From the NCBI RefSeq assembly GCF_009914755.1, contig NC_060930.1: a stretch of DNA of 64,000 bases; one strand, given 5' to 3'. The notes beneath the pieces were generated by a model. That model was not told where the DNA came from and searched no databases. It saw only the letters and a list, made by a program, of their open reading frames with translations. Of this stretch, positions 23,001-37,475 are shown piece by piece; the stretch's first letter is position 1; the number at the start of each line of letters is the position of its first letter. The translations under genes were made by a program, and so were the position numbers. The stretch comes from the human T2T-CHM13v2.0 reference genome, Homo sapiens.

Positions 23001-26000
23001 AGTGGATATTTTGAGCCCTTGGAGGCATTCTTTGGAAAAGGGAATGTCTTCACATAAAAGGCAGACGGAAGTGTTCTCAGAAACTGCTTTGTGATGTCTG
23101 TGTTCAACTCACAGAGTTTAACATTTCCTTTGATAGAGCGGTTTAGTAACCCTCTCTTTGTAGAATTTGGAAGTGTATACTAAGAGCGCTTTGAGGCCTA
23201 TGGTAGAAAAGGAAATATCTTTCCATAAAAGCTAGACAGAAGCAATCTCAGAAACTCCTCTGTGATGTCTGCATTCAACTCACCGAGTGGAACATTCCTC
23301 TTGAGAGAGCAGTTTGGAAACACTCTTTCTGTAGAATCAGCTTGTTTGTATTTGGACCTCCTTGAGGCCTTCGTTGGAAACGGGTTTTCATCTTATAAAC
23401 CCAGACAGAAGAATTCTCAGAGTCTTCTTTGTGATGTGTGCTTTCAACTCACCGAGATAAAGATTTCTCTTGATAGAGCAATTTGGAAACACTCTTTTTG
23501 TAGAATTTGCAAGGGTACATTGAGAGCGCTTTCAGGCCTATGGTAGAAAAGGGAATATCTTTCCATAAAAGGTAGACAGAAGCAATCTCAGAAACTACTT
23601 TGTGATGTGTGCATTCAACTCACCGAGTGCAACGTTCCTCTTGACCGAGCAGTTTGGAAACATTGTTTCTGTAGAATCTGCAAGTGGATATTTGGACCTC
23701 TTTGAGGCCTTCGTTGGAAACGGGATTTCTTCCTATAAACCCAGACAGAAGAATTCTCAGAGACTTCTTTGTGATGTGTGAATTCAACTCACAGTGTGGA
23801 TCCTTCCTTTTGATAGAGCAGTTTTGAAACCCTGTTTTTGTAGTATTTCCAAGCGGATATTTGGAACGCCTTGAAGCGTATGGTAGAAAAGGAAATATCT
23901 TCCCATAAAACCTAGACAGAACCAATCTCAGAAACGACTTTGTGATGTCTGCATTCAAGTCACAGAGTTGAACATTTCTCTTGATAGAGCAGTTTTGAAA
24001 CCCTCTTTCTGAAGGATCTGCAAGTGGATATTTGGAACTCCTTTGGGTCTTCGTTGGAAACGGGATTTCTTCGTATAAATCTAGACAGAAGAATTCTCAG
24101 AAACTTCCTTGTGATGAGTGCATTCAACTCAGCGAGTGGCACCTTCCTTTGGATACAGCAGTTTTGAAACACTGTTTTTGTAGTATTTCCAAGCGGATAT
24201 TTAGAGCGCCTTGAAGCCTATGCTAGAAATGGAAATATCTCCCCATAAAACCAAGACGGAAGCAATCTCAGAAACTAATGTGTGATGGCTGCATTCCACA
24301 CACACGGTGGACCATTTCTCTTGATAGAGCAGTTTTGAAACACTCTTTCTGTAGAATCTGCAAGTGGATAATTGGACCTCCTAGAGGCCTTCGTTGGAAA
24401 CGGGATTTCTTCATCTAAACCTACAGAGAAGAATTCTCAGTAACTTCTTCGGATGTGTGCATTCGACGCACAGAATGGAACATTCCCTTTGATAGAGCAG
24501 TTTTGAGACACCGTTTTTGTAGAATTCCCAAGTGGATATTTAGAGCACTTTGAAGTCTCTGCTAGAAAAGGAAACATCTTCATGTAAAAAGTAGATTGAA
24601 TCGTTCTCAGAAAGTGCTTAGTGACGTGTGCGTTCAACTCACAGAGTTTAACGTTTCTTTTGATAGAGCGTTTCTGAAACACCCTTCTTGTAGTAGCTGC
24701 AAGTGGATATTTGGACCTATTGGAGGCCTTCTTTGGAAATGGGATTTCTTCATGTAACTCTAGATTGAAGAGTTCTCAGAAACTCCTTTGTGATGTGTGC
24801 ATTCAATTCAAAGAGTGAAACCTCCCTTTTCACAGAGCAGTTTTGAAACACTGTTTTTGTAGGATTTCCAAGGGGATATTTATAGCGCATTGAGCCTACG
24901 GCGGAAAAAGAAACATCTTCCTATAAAAACTAGACAGAATACTTCTCAGAATCTGCTTTGCGATGTGTGCGTTCAACTCACAGAGTAAAACTTTTCTTTT
25001 GATAGAGCAGTTTTGAAACACTCTTTTTGTAGTATTTGCATGTGTATATTTAGAGCGCATTGAAGCCCACAGTAGAAAAGGAAATAACTTCACCTAAAAC
25101 CTAGACAGAAGCAATCACAGAAACTACTTTGTGATGTGTACATTCAACTCACAGAGTGGAACTTTCCTCTTTATAGAGCAGTGTTGAAACACTCTTTTTG
25201 TAGAAACTGCAAGTGGATATTTGGACCTCTTTGAGGCCTTCGTTGGAAACGGGATTTCTTCCTATAACCCTAGACAGAAGAATTTTCAGAAACCTCATTG
25301 TGATGTGTGCGTTCATCTCACAGAGTGGAGTCTTCCGTTTGATAGAGAAGTTTTGAAACCCTGTTCTTGTAGGATTTCCAAGTGGATATTTAGACCACTT
25401 TGAAGCCTATGATAGAAAAGGAAACATCTTCATGGAAAACATAGATAGAATCATCCTCAGAAACAACTTTGTGATGTGTGCGTTGAACTCACCGTCTTTA
25501 ACCTTTCTTTTGGTAGAGAAGTTTTGAAACACTCTCTTTGTAAAGTCTACAAGTGGATATTTTGAGCCCTTGGAGGCATTCTTTGGAAAAGGGAATGTCT
25601 TCACATAAAAGGCAGACGGAAGTGTTCTCAGAAACTGCTTTGTGATGTCTGTGTTCAACTCACAGAGTTTAACATTTCCTTTGATAGAGCGGTTTAGTAA
25701 CCCTCTCTTTGTAGAATTTGGAAGTGTATACTAAGAGCGCTTTGAGGCCTATGGTAGAAAAGGAAATATCTTTCCATAAAAGCTAGACAGAAGCAATCTC
25801 AGAAACTCCTCTGTGATGTCTGCATTCAACTCACCGAGTGGAACATTCCTCTTGAGAGAGCAGTTTGGAAACACTCTTTCTGTAGAATCAGCTTGTTTGT
25901 ATTTGGACCTCCTTGAGGCCTTCGTTGGAAACGGGTTTTCATCTTATAAACCCAGACAGAAGAATTCTCAGAGTCTTCTTTGTGATGTGTGCTTTCAACT

Positions 26001-29000
26001 CACCGAGATAAAGATTTCTCTTGATAGAGCAATTTGGAAACACTCTTTTTGTAGAATTTGCAAGGGTACATTGAGAGCGCTTTCAGGCCTATGGTAGAAA
26101 AGGGAATATCTTTCCATAAAAGGTAGACAGAAGCAATCTCAGAAACTACTTTGTGATGTGTGCATTCAACTCACCGAGTGCAACGTTCCTCTTGACCGAG
26201 CAGTTTGGAAACATTGTTTCTGTAGAATCTGCAAGTGGATATTTGGACCTCTTTGAGGCCTTCGTTGGAAACGGGATTTCTTCCTATAAACCCAGACAGA
26301 AGAATTCTCAGAGACTTCTTTGTGATGTGTGAATTCAACTCACAGTGTGGATCCTTCCTTTTGATAGAGCAGTTTTGAAACCCTGTTTTTGTAGTATTTC
26401 CAAGCGGATATTTGGAACGCCTTGAAGCGTATGGTAGAAAAGGAAATATCTTCCCATAAAACCTAGACAGAACCAATCTCAGAAACGACTTTGTGATGTC
26501 TGCATTCAAGTCACAGAGTTGAACATTTCTCTTGATAGAGCAGTTTTGAAACCCTCTTTCTGAAGGATCTGCAAGTGGATATTTGGAACTCCTTTGGGTC
26601 TTCGTTGGAAACGGGATTTCTTCGTATAAATCTAGACAGAAGAATTCTCAGAAACTTCCTTGTGATGTGTGCATTCAACTCAGCGAGTGGCACCTTCCTT
26701 TGGATACAGCAGTTTTGAAACACTGTTTTTGTAGTATTTCCAAGCGGATATTTAGAGCGCCTTGAAGACTATGCTAGAAATGGAAATATCTCCCCATAAA
26801 ACCAAGACGGAAGCAATCTCAGAAACTAATGTGTGATGGCTGCATTCCACACACACGGTGGACCATTTCTCTTGATAGAGCAGTTTTGAAACACTCTTTC
26901 TGTAGAATCTGCAAGTGGATAATTGGACCTCCTAGAGGCCTTCGTTGGAAACGGGATTTCTTCATCTAAACCTACAGAGAAGTATTCTCAGTAACTTCTT
27001 CGGATGTGTGCATTCGACGCACAGAATGGAACATTCCCTTTGATAGAGCAGTTTTGAGACACCGTTTTTGTAGAATTCCCAAGTGGATATTTAGAGCACT
27101 TTGAAGTCTCTGCTAGAAAAGGAAACATCTTCATGTAAAAAGTAGATAGAATCGTTCTCAGAAAGTGCTTAGTGACGTGTGCGTTCAACTCACAGAGTTT
27201 AACGTTTCTTTTGATAGAGCGTTTCTGAAACACCCTTCTTGTAGTAGCTGCAAGTGGATATTTGGACCTATTGGAGGCCTTCTTTGGAAATGGGATTTCT
27301 TCATGTAACTCTAGATTGAAGAGTTCTCAGAAACTCCTTTGTGATGTGTGCATTCAATTCAAAGAGTGAAACCTCCCTTTTCACAGAGCAGTTTTGAAAC
27401 ACTGTTTTTGTAGGATTTCCAAGGGGATATTTATAGCGCATTGAGCCTACGGCGGAAAAAGAAACATCTTCCTATAAAAACTAGACAGAATACTTCTCAG
27501 AATCTGCTTTGCGATGTGTGCGTTCAACTCACAGAGTAAAACTTTTCTTTTGATAGAGCAGTTTTGAAACACTCTTTTTGTAGTATTTGCATGTGTATAT
27601 TTAGAGCGCATTGAAGCCCACAGTAGAAAAGGAAATAACTTCACCTAAAACCTAGACAGAAGCAATCACAGAAACTACTTTGTGATGTGTACATTCAACT
27701 CACAGAGTGGAACTTTCCTCTTTATAGAGCAGTGTTGAAACACTCTTTTTGTAGAAACTGCAAGTGGATATTTGGACCTCTTTGAGGCCTTCGTTGGAAA
27801 CGGGATTTCTTCCTATAACCCTAGACAGAAGAATTTTCAGAAACCTCATTGTGATGTGTGCGTTCATCTCACAGAGTGGAGTCTTCCGTTTGATAGAGAA
27901 GTTTTGAAACCCTGTTCTTGTAGGATTTCCAAGTGGATATTTAGACCACTTTGAAGCCTATGATAGAAAAGGAAACATCTTCATGGAAAACATAGATAGA
28001 ATCATCCTCAGAAACAACTTTGTGATGTGTGCGTTGAACTCACCGTCTTTAACCTTTCTTTTGGTAGAGAAGTTTTGAAACACTCTCTTTGTAAAGTCTA
28101 CAAGTGGATATTTTGAGCCCTTGGAGGCATTCTTTGGAAAAGGGAATGTCTTCACATAAAAGGCAGACGGAAGTGTTCTCAGAAACTGCTTTGTGATGTC
28201 TGTGTTCAACTCACAGAGTTTAACATTTCCTTTGATAGAGCGGTTTAGTAACCCTCTCTTTGTAGAATTTGGAAGTGTATACTAAGAGCGCTTTGAGGCC
28301 TATGGTAGAAAAGGAAATATCTTTCCATAAAAGCTAGACAGAAGCAATCTCAGAAACTCCTCTGTGATGTCTGCATTCAACTCACCGAGTGGAACATTCC
28401 TCTTGAGAGAGCAGTTTGGAAACACTCTTTCTGTAGAATCAGCTTGTTTGTATTTGGACCTCCTTGAGGCCTTCGTTGGAAACGGGTTTTCATCTTATAA
28501 ACCCAGACAGAAGAATTCTCAGAGTCTTCTTTGTGATGTGTGCTTTCAACTCACCGAGATAAAGATTTCTCTTGATAGAGCAATTTGGAAACACTCTTTT
28601 TGTAGAATTTGCAAGGGTACATTGAGAGCGCTTTCAGGCCTATGGTAGAAAAGGGAATATCTTTCCATAAAAGGTAGACAGAAGCAATCTCAGAAACTAC
28701 TTTGTGATGTGTGCATTCAACTCACCGAGTGCAACGTTCCTCTTGACCGAGCAGTTTGGAAACATTGTTTCTGTAGAATCTGCAAGTGGATATTTGGACC
28801 TCTTTGAGGCCTTCGTTGGAAACGGGATTTCTTCCTATAAACCCAGACAGAAGAATTCTCAGAGACTTCTTTGTGATGTGTGAATTCAACTCACAGTGTG
28901 GATCCTTCCTTTTGATAGAGCAGTTTTGAAACCCTGTTTTTGTAGTATTTCCAAGCGGATATTTGGAACGCCTTGAAGCGTATGGTAGAAAAGGAAATAT

Positions 29001-32000
29001 CTTCCCATAAAACCTAGACAGAACCAATCTCAGAAACGACTTTGTGATGTCTGCATTCAAGTCACAGAGTTGAACATTTCTCTTGATAGAGCAGTTTTGA
29101 AACCCTCTTTCTGAAGGATCTGCAAGTGGATATTTGGAACTCCTTTGGGTCTTCGTTGGAAACGGGATTTCTTCGTATAAATCTAGACAGAAGAATTCTC
29201 AGAAACTTCCTTGTGATGTGTGCATTCAACTCAGCGAGTGGCACCTTCCTTTGGATACAGCAGTTTTGAAACACTGTTTTTGTAGTATTTCCAAGCGGAT
29301 ATTTAGAGCGCCTTGAAGACTATGCTAGAAATGGAAATATCTCCCCATAAAACCAAGACGGAAGCAATCTCAGAAACTAATGTGTGATGGCTGCATTCCA
29401 CACACACGGTGGACCATTTCTCTTGATAGAGCAGTTTTGAAACACTCTTTCTGTAGAATCTGCAAGTGGATAATTGGACCTCCTAGAGGCCTTCGTTGGA
29501 AACGGGATTTCTTCATCTAAACCTACAGAGAAGTATTCTCAGTAACTTCTTCGGATGTGTGCATTCGACGCACAGAATGGAACATTCCCTTTGATAGAGC
29601 AGTTTTGAGACACCGTTTTTGTAGAATTCCCAAGTGGATATTTAGAGCACTTTGAAGTCTCTGCTAGAAAAGGAAACATCTTCATGTAAAAAGTAGATAG
29701 AATCGTTCTCAGAAAGTGCTTAGTGACGTGTGCGTTCAACTCACAGAGTTTAACGTTTCTTTTGATAGAGCGTTTCTGAAACACCCTTCTTGTAGTAGCT
29801 GCAAGTGGATATTTGGACCTATTGGAGGCCTTCTTTGGAAATGGGATTTCTTCATGTAACTCTAGATTGAAGAGTTCTCAGAAACTCCTTTGTGATGTGT
29901 GCATTCAATTCAAAGAGTGAAACCTCCCTTTTCACAGAGCAGTTTTGAAACACTGTTTTTGTAGGATTTCCAAGGGGATATTTATAGCGCATTGAGCCTA
30001 CGGCGGAAAAAGAAACATCTTCCTATAAAAACTAGACAGAATACTTCTCAGAATCTGCTTTGCGATGTGTGCGTTCAACTCACAGAGTAAAACTTTTCTT
30101 TTGATAGAGCAGTTTTGAAACACTCTTTTTGTAGTATTTGCATGTGTATATTTAGAGCGCATTGAAGCCCACAGTAGAAAAGGAAATAACTTCACCTAAA
30201 ACCTAGACAGAAGCAATCACAGAAACTACTTTGTGATGTGTACATTCAACTCACAGAGTGGAACTTTCCTCTTTATAGAGCAGTGTTGAAACACTCTTTT
30301 TGTAGAAACTGCAAGTGGATATTTGGACCTCTTTGAGGCCTTCGTTGGAAACGGGATTTCTTCCTATAACCCTAGACAGAAGAATTTTCAGAAACCTCAT
30401 TGTGATGTGTGCGTTCATCTCACAGAGTGGAGTCTTCCGTTTGATAGAGAAGTTTTGAAACCCTGTTCTTGTAGGATTTCCAAGTGGATATTTAGACCAC
30501 TTTGAAGCCTATGATAGAAAAGGAAACATCTTCATGGAAAACATAGATAGAATCATCCTCAGAAACAACTTTGTGATGTGTGCGTTGAACTCACCGTCTT
30601 TAACCTTTCTTTTGGTAGAGAAGTTTTGAAACACTCTCTTTGTAAAGTCTACAAGTGGATATTTTGAGCCCTTGGAGGCATTCTTTGGAAAAGGGAATGT
30701 CTTCACATAAAAGGCAGACGGAAGTGTTCTCAGAAACTGCTTTGTGATGTCTGTGTTCAACTCACAGAGTTTAACATTTCCTTTGATAGAGCGGTTTAGT
30801 AACCCTCTCTTTGTAGAATTTGGAAGTGTATACTAAGAGCGCTTTGAGGCCTATGGTAGAAAAGGAAATATCTTTCCATAAAAGCTAGACAGAAGCAATC
30901 TCAGAAACTCCTCTGTGATGTCTGCATTCAACTCACCGAGTGGAACATTCCTCTTGAGAGAGCAGTTTGGAAACACTCTTTCTGTAGAATCAGCTTGTTT
31001 GTATTTGGACCTCCTTGAGGCCTTCGTTGGAAACGGGTTTTCATCTTATAAACCCAGACAGAAGAATTCTCAGAGTCTTCTTTGTGATGTGTGCTTTCAA
31101 CTCACCGAGATAAAGATTTCTCTTGATAGAGCAATTTGGAAACACTCTTTTTGTAGAATTTGCAAGGGTACATTGAGAGCGCTTTCAGGCCTATGGTAGA
31201 AAAGGGAATATCTTTCCATAAAAGGTAGACAGAAGCAATCTCAGAAACTACTTTGTGATGTGTGCATTCAACTCACCGAGTGCAACGTTCCTCTTGACCG
31301 AGCAGTTTGGAAACATTGTTTCTGTAGAATCTGCAAGTGGATATTTGGACCTCTTTGAGGCCTTCGTTGGAAACGGGATTTCTTCCTATAAACCCAGACA
31401 GAAGAATTCTCAGAGACTTCTTTGTGATGTGTGAATTCAACTCACAGTGTGGATCCTTCCTTTTGATAGAGCAGTTTTGAAACCCTGTTTTTGTAGTATT
31501 TCCAAGCGGATATTTGGAACGCCTTGAAGCGTATGGTAGAAAAGGAAATATCTTCCCATAAAACCTAGACAGAACCAATCTCAGAAACGACTTTGTGATG
31601 TCTGCATTCAAGTCACAGAGTTGAACATTTCTCTTGATAGAGCAGTTTTGAAACCCTCTTTCTGAAGGATCTGCAAGTGGATATTTGGAACTCCTTTGGG
31701 TCTTCGTTGGAAACGGGATTTCTTCGTATAAATCTAGACAGAAGAATTCTCAGAAACTTCCTTGTGATGTGTGCATTCAACTCAGCGAGTGGCACCTTCC
31801 TTTGGATACAGCAGTTTTGAAACACTGTTTTTGTAGTATTTCCAAGCGGATATTTAGAGCGCCTTGAAGCCTATGCTAGAAATGGAAATATCTCCCCATA
31901 AAACCAAGACGGAAGCAATCTCAGAAACTAATGTGTGATGGCTGCATTCCACACACACGGTGGACCATTTCTCTTGATAGAGCAGTTTTGAAACACTCTT

Positions 32001-34418
32001 TCTGTAGAATCTGCAAGTGGATAATTGGACCTCCTAGAGGCCTTCGTTGGAAACGGGATTTCTTCATCTAAACCTACAGAGAAGTATTCTCAGTAACTTC
32101 TTCGGATGTGTGCATTCGACGCACAGAATGGAACATTCCCTTTGATAGAGCAGTTTTGAGACACCGTTTTTGTAGAATTCCCAAGTGGATATTTAGAGCA
32201 CTTTGAAGTCTCTGCTAGAAAAGGAAACATCTTCATGTAAAAAGTAGATAGAATCGTTCTCAGAAAGTGCTTAGTGACGTGTGCGTTCAACTCACAGAGT
32301 TTAACGTTTCTTTTGATAGAGCGTTTCTGAAACACCCTTCTTGTAGTAGCTGCAAGTGGATATTTGGACCTATTGGAGGCCTTCTTTGGAAATGGGATTT
32401 CTTCATGTAACTCTAGATTGAAGAGTTCTCAGAAACTCCTTTGTGATGTGTGCATTCAATTCAAAGAGTGAAACCTCTCTTTTCACAGAGCAGTTTTGAA
32501 ACACTGTTTTTGTAGGATTTCCAAGGGGATATTTATAGCGCATTGAGCCTACGGCGGAAAAAGAAACATCTTCCTATAAAAACTAGACAGAATACTTCTC
32601 AGAATCTGCTTTGCGATGTGTGCGTTCAACTCACAGAGTAAAACTTTTCTTTTGATAGAGCAGTTTTGAAACACTCTTTTTGTAGTATTTGCATGTGTAT
32701 ATTTAGAGCGCATTGAAGCCCACAGTAGAAAAGGAAATAACTTCACCTAAAACCTAGACAGAAGCAATCTCAGAAACTACTTTGTGATGTGTACATTCAA
32801 CTCACAGAGTGGAACTTTCCTCTTTATAGAGCAGTGTTGAAACACTCTTTTTGTAGAAACTGCAAGTGGATATTTGGACCTGTTTGAGGCCTTCGTTGGA
32901 AACGGGATTTCTTCCTATAACCCTAGACAGAAGAATTTTCAGAAACCTCATTGTGATGTGTGCGTTCATCTCACAGAGTGGAGTCTTCCGTTTGATAGAG
33001 AAGTTTTGAAACCCTGTTCTTGTAGGATTTCCAAGTGGATATTTAGACCACTTTGAAGCCTATGATAGAAAAGGAAACATCTTCATGGAAAACATAGATA
33101 GAATCATCCTCAGAAACAACTTTGTGATGTGTGCGTTGAACTCACCGTCTTTAACCTTTCTTTTGGTAGAGAAGTTTTGAAACACTCTCTTTGTAAAGTC
33201 TACAAGTGGATATTTTGAGCCCTTGGAGGCATTCTTTGGAAAAGGGAATGTCTTCACATAAAAGGCAGACGGAAGTGTTCTCAGAAACTGCTTTGTGATG
33301 TCTGTGTTCAACTCACAGAGTTTAACATTTCCTTTGATAGAGCGGTTTAGTAACCCTCTCTTTGTAGAATTTGGAAGTGTATACTAAGAGCGCTTTGAGG
33401 CCTATGGTAGAAAAGGAAATATCTTTCCATAAAAGCTAGACAGAAGCAATCTCAGAAACTCCTCTGTGATGTCTGCATTCAACTCACCGAGTGGAACATT
33501 CCTCTTGATAGAGCAGTTTGGAAACACTCTTTCTGTAGAATCAGCTTGTTTGTATTTGGACCTCCTTGAGGCCTTCGTTGGAAACGGGTTTTCATCTTAT
33601 AAACCCAGACAGAAGAATTCTCAGAGTCTTCTTTGTGATGTGTGCTTTCAACTCACCGAGATAAAGATTTCTCTTGATAGAGCAATTTGGAAACACTCTT
33701 TTTGTAGAATTTGCAAGGGTACATTGAGAGCGCTTTCAGGCCTATGGTAGAAAAGGGAATATCTTTCCATAAAAGGTAGACAGAAGCAATCTCAGAAACT
33801 ACTTTGTGATGTGTGCATTCAACTCACCGAGTGCAACGTTCCTCTTGACCGAGCAGTTTGGAAACATTGTTTCTGTAGAATCTGCAAGTGGATATTTGGA
33901 CCTCTTTGAGGCCTTCGTTGGAAACGGGATTTCTTCCTATAAACCCAGACAGAAGAATTCTCAGAGACTTCTTTGTGATGTGTGAATTCAACTCACAGTG
34001 TGGATCCTTCCTTTTGATAGAGCAGTTTTGAAACCCTGTTTTTGTAGTATTTCCAAGCGGATATTTGGAACGCCTTGAAGCGTATGGTAGAAAAGGAAAT
34101 ATCTTCCCATAAAACCTAGACAGAACCAATCTCAGAAACGACTTTGTGATGTCTGCATTCAAGTCACAGAGTTGAACATTTCTCTTGATAGAGCAGTTTT
34201 GAAACCCTCTTTCTGAAGGATCTGCAAGTGGATATTTGGAACTCCTTTGGGTCTTCGTTGGAAACGGGATTTCTTCGTATAAATCTAGACAGAAGAATTC
34301 TCAGAAACTTCCTTGTGATGTGTGCATTCAACTCAGCGAGTGGCACCTTCCTTTGGATACAGCAGTTTTGAAACACTGTTTTTGTAGTATTTCCAAGCGG
34401 ATATTTAGAGCGCCTTGA
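14011..34418 (+). repeat. Eight tandem 15-mer HOR units (U6-U13)
   Basis: Marker ends from 16561 to 34418 in exact 2551-bp steps. Confidence 0.95.
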
Positions 34419-37400
34419 AGCCTATGCTAGAAATGGAAATATCTCCCCATAAAACCAAGACGGAAGCAATCTCAGAAACTAATGTGTGATGGCTGCATTC
34501 CACACACACGGTGGACCATTTCTCTTGATAGAGCAGTTTTGAAACACTCTTTCTGTAGAATCTGCAAGTGGATAATTGGACCTCCTAGAGGCCTTCGTTG
34601 GAAACGGGATTTCTTCATCTAAACCTACAGAGAAGTATTCTCAGTAACTTCTTCGGATGTGTGCATTCGACGCACAGAATGGAACATTCCCTTTGATAGA
34701 GCAGTTTTGAGACACCGTTTTTGTAGAATTCCCAAGTGGATATTTAGAGCACTTTGAAGTCTCTGCTAGAAAAGGAAACATCTTCATGTAAAAAGTAGAT
34801 AGAATCGTTCTCAGAAAGTGCTTAGTGTCGTGTGCATTCAACTCACAGAGTTTAACGTTTCTTTTGATAGAGCGTTTCTGAAACACCCTTCTTGTAGTAG
34901 CTGCAAGTGGATATTTGGACCTATTGGAGGCCTTCTTTGGAAATGGGATTTCTTCATGTAACTCTAGAGTGAAGAATTCTCAGAAACTCCTTTGTGATGT
35001 GTGCATTCAATTCAAAGAGTGAAACCTCTCTTTTCACAGAGCAGTTTTGAAACACTGTTTTTGTAGGATTTCCAAGGGGATATTTATAGCGCATTGAGCC
35101 TACGGCGGAAAAAGAAACATCTTCCTATAAAAACTAGACAGAATACTTCTCAGAATCTGCTTTGCGATGTGTGCGTTCAACTCACAGAGTAAAACTTTTC
35201 TTTTGATAGAGCAGTTTTGAAACACTCTTTTTGTAGTATTTGCATGTGTATATTTAGAGCGCATTGAAGCCCACAGTAGAAAAGGAAATAACTTCACCTA
35301 AAACCTAGACAGAAGCAATCTCAGAAACTACTTTGTGATGTGTACATTCAACTCACAGAGTGGAACTTTCCTCTTTATAGAGCAGTGTTGAAACACTCTT
35401 TTTGTAGAAACTGCAAGTGGATATTTGGACCTCTTTGAGGCCTTCGTTGGAAACGGGATTTCTTCCTATAACCCTAGACAGAAGAATTTTCAGAAACCTC
35501 ATTGTGATGTGTGCGTTCATCTCACAGAGTGGAGTCTTCCGTTTGATAGAGAAGTTTTGAAACCCTGTTCTTGTAGGATTTCCAAGTGGATATTTAGACC
35601 ACTTTGAAGCCTATGATAGAAAAGGAAACATCTTCATGGAAAACATAGATAGAATCATCCTCAGAAACAACTTTGTGATGTGTGCGTTGAACTCACCGTC
35701 TTTAACCTTTCTTTTGGTAGAGAAGTTTTGAAACACTCTCTTTGTAAAGTCTACAAGTGGATATTTTGAGCCCTTGGAGGCATTCTTTGGAAAAGGGAAT
35801 GTCTTCACATAAAAGGCAGACGGAAGTGTTCTCAGAAACTGCTTTGTGATGTCTGTGTTCAACTCACAGAGTTTAACATTTCCTTTGATAGAGCGGTTTA
35901 GTAACCCTCTCTTTGTAGAATTTGGAAGTGTATACTAAGAGCGCTTTGAGGCCTATGGTAGAAAAGGAAATATCTTTCCATAAAAGCTAGACAGAAGCAA
36001 TCTCAGAAACTCCTCTGTGATGTCTGCATTCAACTCACCGAGTGGAACATTCCTCTTGAGAGAGCAGTTTGGAAACACTCTTTCTGTAGAATCAGCTTGT
36101 TTGTATTTGGACCTCCTTGAGGCCTTCGTTGGAAACGGGTTTTCATCTTATAAACCCAGACAGAAGAATTCTCAGAGTCTTCTTTGTGATGTGTGCTTTC
36201 AACTCACCGAGATAAAGATTTCTCTTGATAGAGCAATTTGGAAACACTCTTTTTGTAGAATTTGCAAGGGTACATTGAGAGCGCTTTCAGGCCTATGGTA
36301 GAAAAGGGAATATCTTTCCATAAAAGGTAGACAGAAGCAATCTCAGAAACTACTTTGTGATGTGTGCATTCAACTCACCGAGTGCAACGTTCCTCTTGAC
36401 CGAGCAGTTTGGAAACATTGTTTCTGTAGAATCTGCAAGTGGATATTTGGACCTCTTTGAGGCCTTCGTTGGAAACGGGATTTCTTCCTATAAACCCAGA
36501 CAGAAGAATTCTCAGAGACTTCTTTGTGATGTGTGAATTCAACTCACAGTGTGGATCCTTCCTTTTGATAGAGCAGTTTTGAAACCCTGTTTTTGTAGTA
36601 TTTCCAAGCGGATATTTGGAACGCCTTGAAGCGTATGGTAGAAAAGGAAATATCTTCCCATAAAACCTAGACAGAACCAATCTCAGAAACGACTTTGTGA
36701 TGTCTGCATTCAACTCACAGAGTTGAACATTTCTCTTGATAGAGCAGTTTTGAAACCCTCTTTCTGAAGGATCTGCAAGTGGATATTTGGAACTCCTTTG
36801 GGTCTTCGTTGGAAACGGGATTTCTTCGTATAAATCTAGACAGAAGAATTCTCCGAAACTTCTTTGGTTGTGTGCATTCAAGTCACAGAGTGGAACCTTC
36901 CTTTGGATAGAGCAGTTTGAAACGCCGTGGTTGTAGTATTTCCAAGCGGATATTAGAGCGCCTTGAGGCCTATGGTAGAAAAGGAAATATCTTCCCATAA
37001 AACCTAGACGGAAGCAATCTCAGAAACTACTGTGTGATGGCTGCATTCCACACACACGGTGGAACATTTCTCTTTATAGAGCAGTTTTGAAACACTCTTT
37101 CTGTAGAATCTGCAAGTGGATAATTGGACCGCCTTGAGGCCTTCGTTGGAAACGGGATTTCTTCATGTTACTCTAGATAGAAGAATTCTCAAACACTGCT
37201 ATGTGATGTTTGCATTCAAGTCACAGAGTGCAACATTCCTCTTGGTAGAGCAGTTGGGAAACACTCCTTTTGTAGAATCTGCAATGGGATATTTGGACTT
37301 CTTTGAGGCCTTCGTTGGAAACGGGATTTCTTCGTATGAATCTAGACAGAAGAATTCTCAGAAACTTCCTTGTGATGTGTGCATTCAACTCAGCGAGTGG

Positions 37401-37475
37401 CACCTTCCTTTGGATACAGCAGTTTTGAAACACTGTTTTTGTAGTATTTCCAAGCGGATATTTAGAGCGCCTTGA
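34419..37475 (+). repeat. 18-mer HOR unit (U14)
   Basis: 3057-bp step; extra segment at 36854-37359. Confidence 0.95.
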
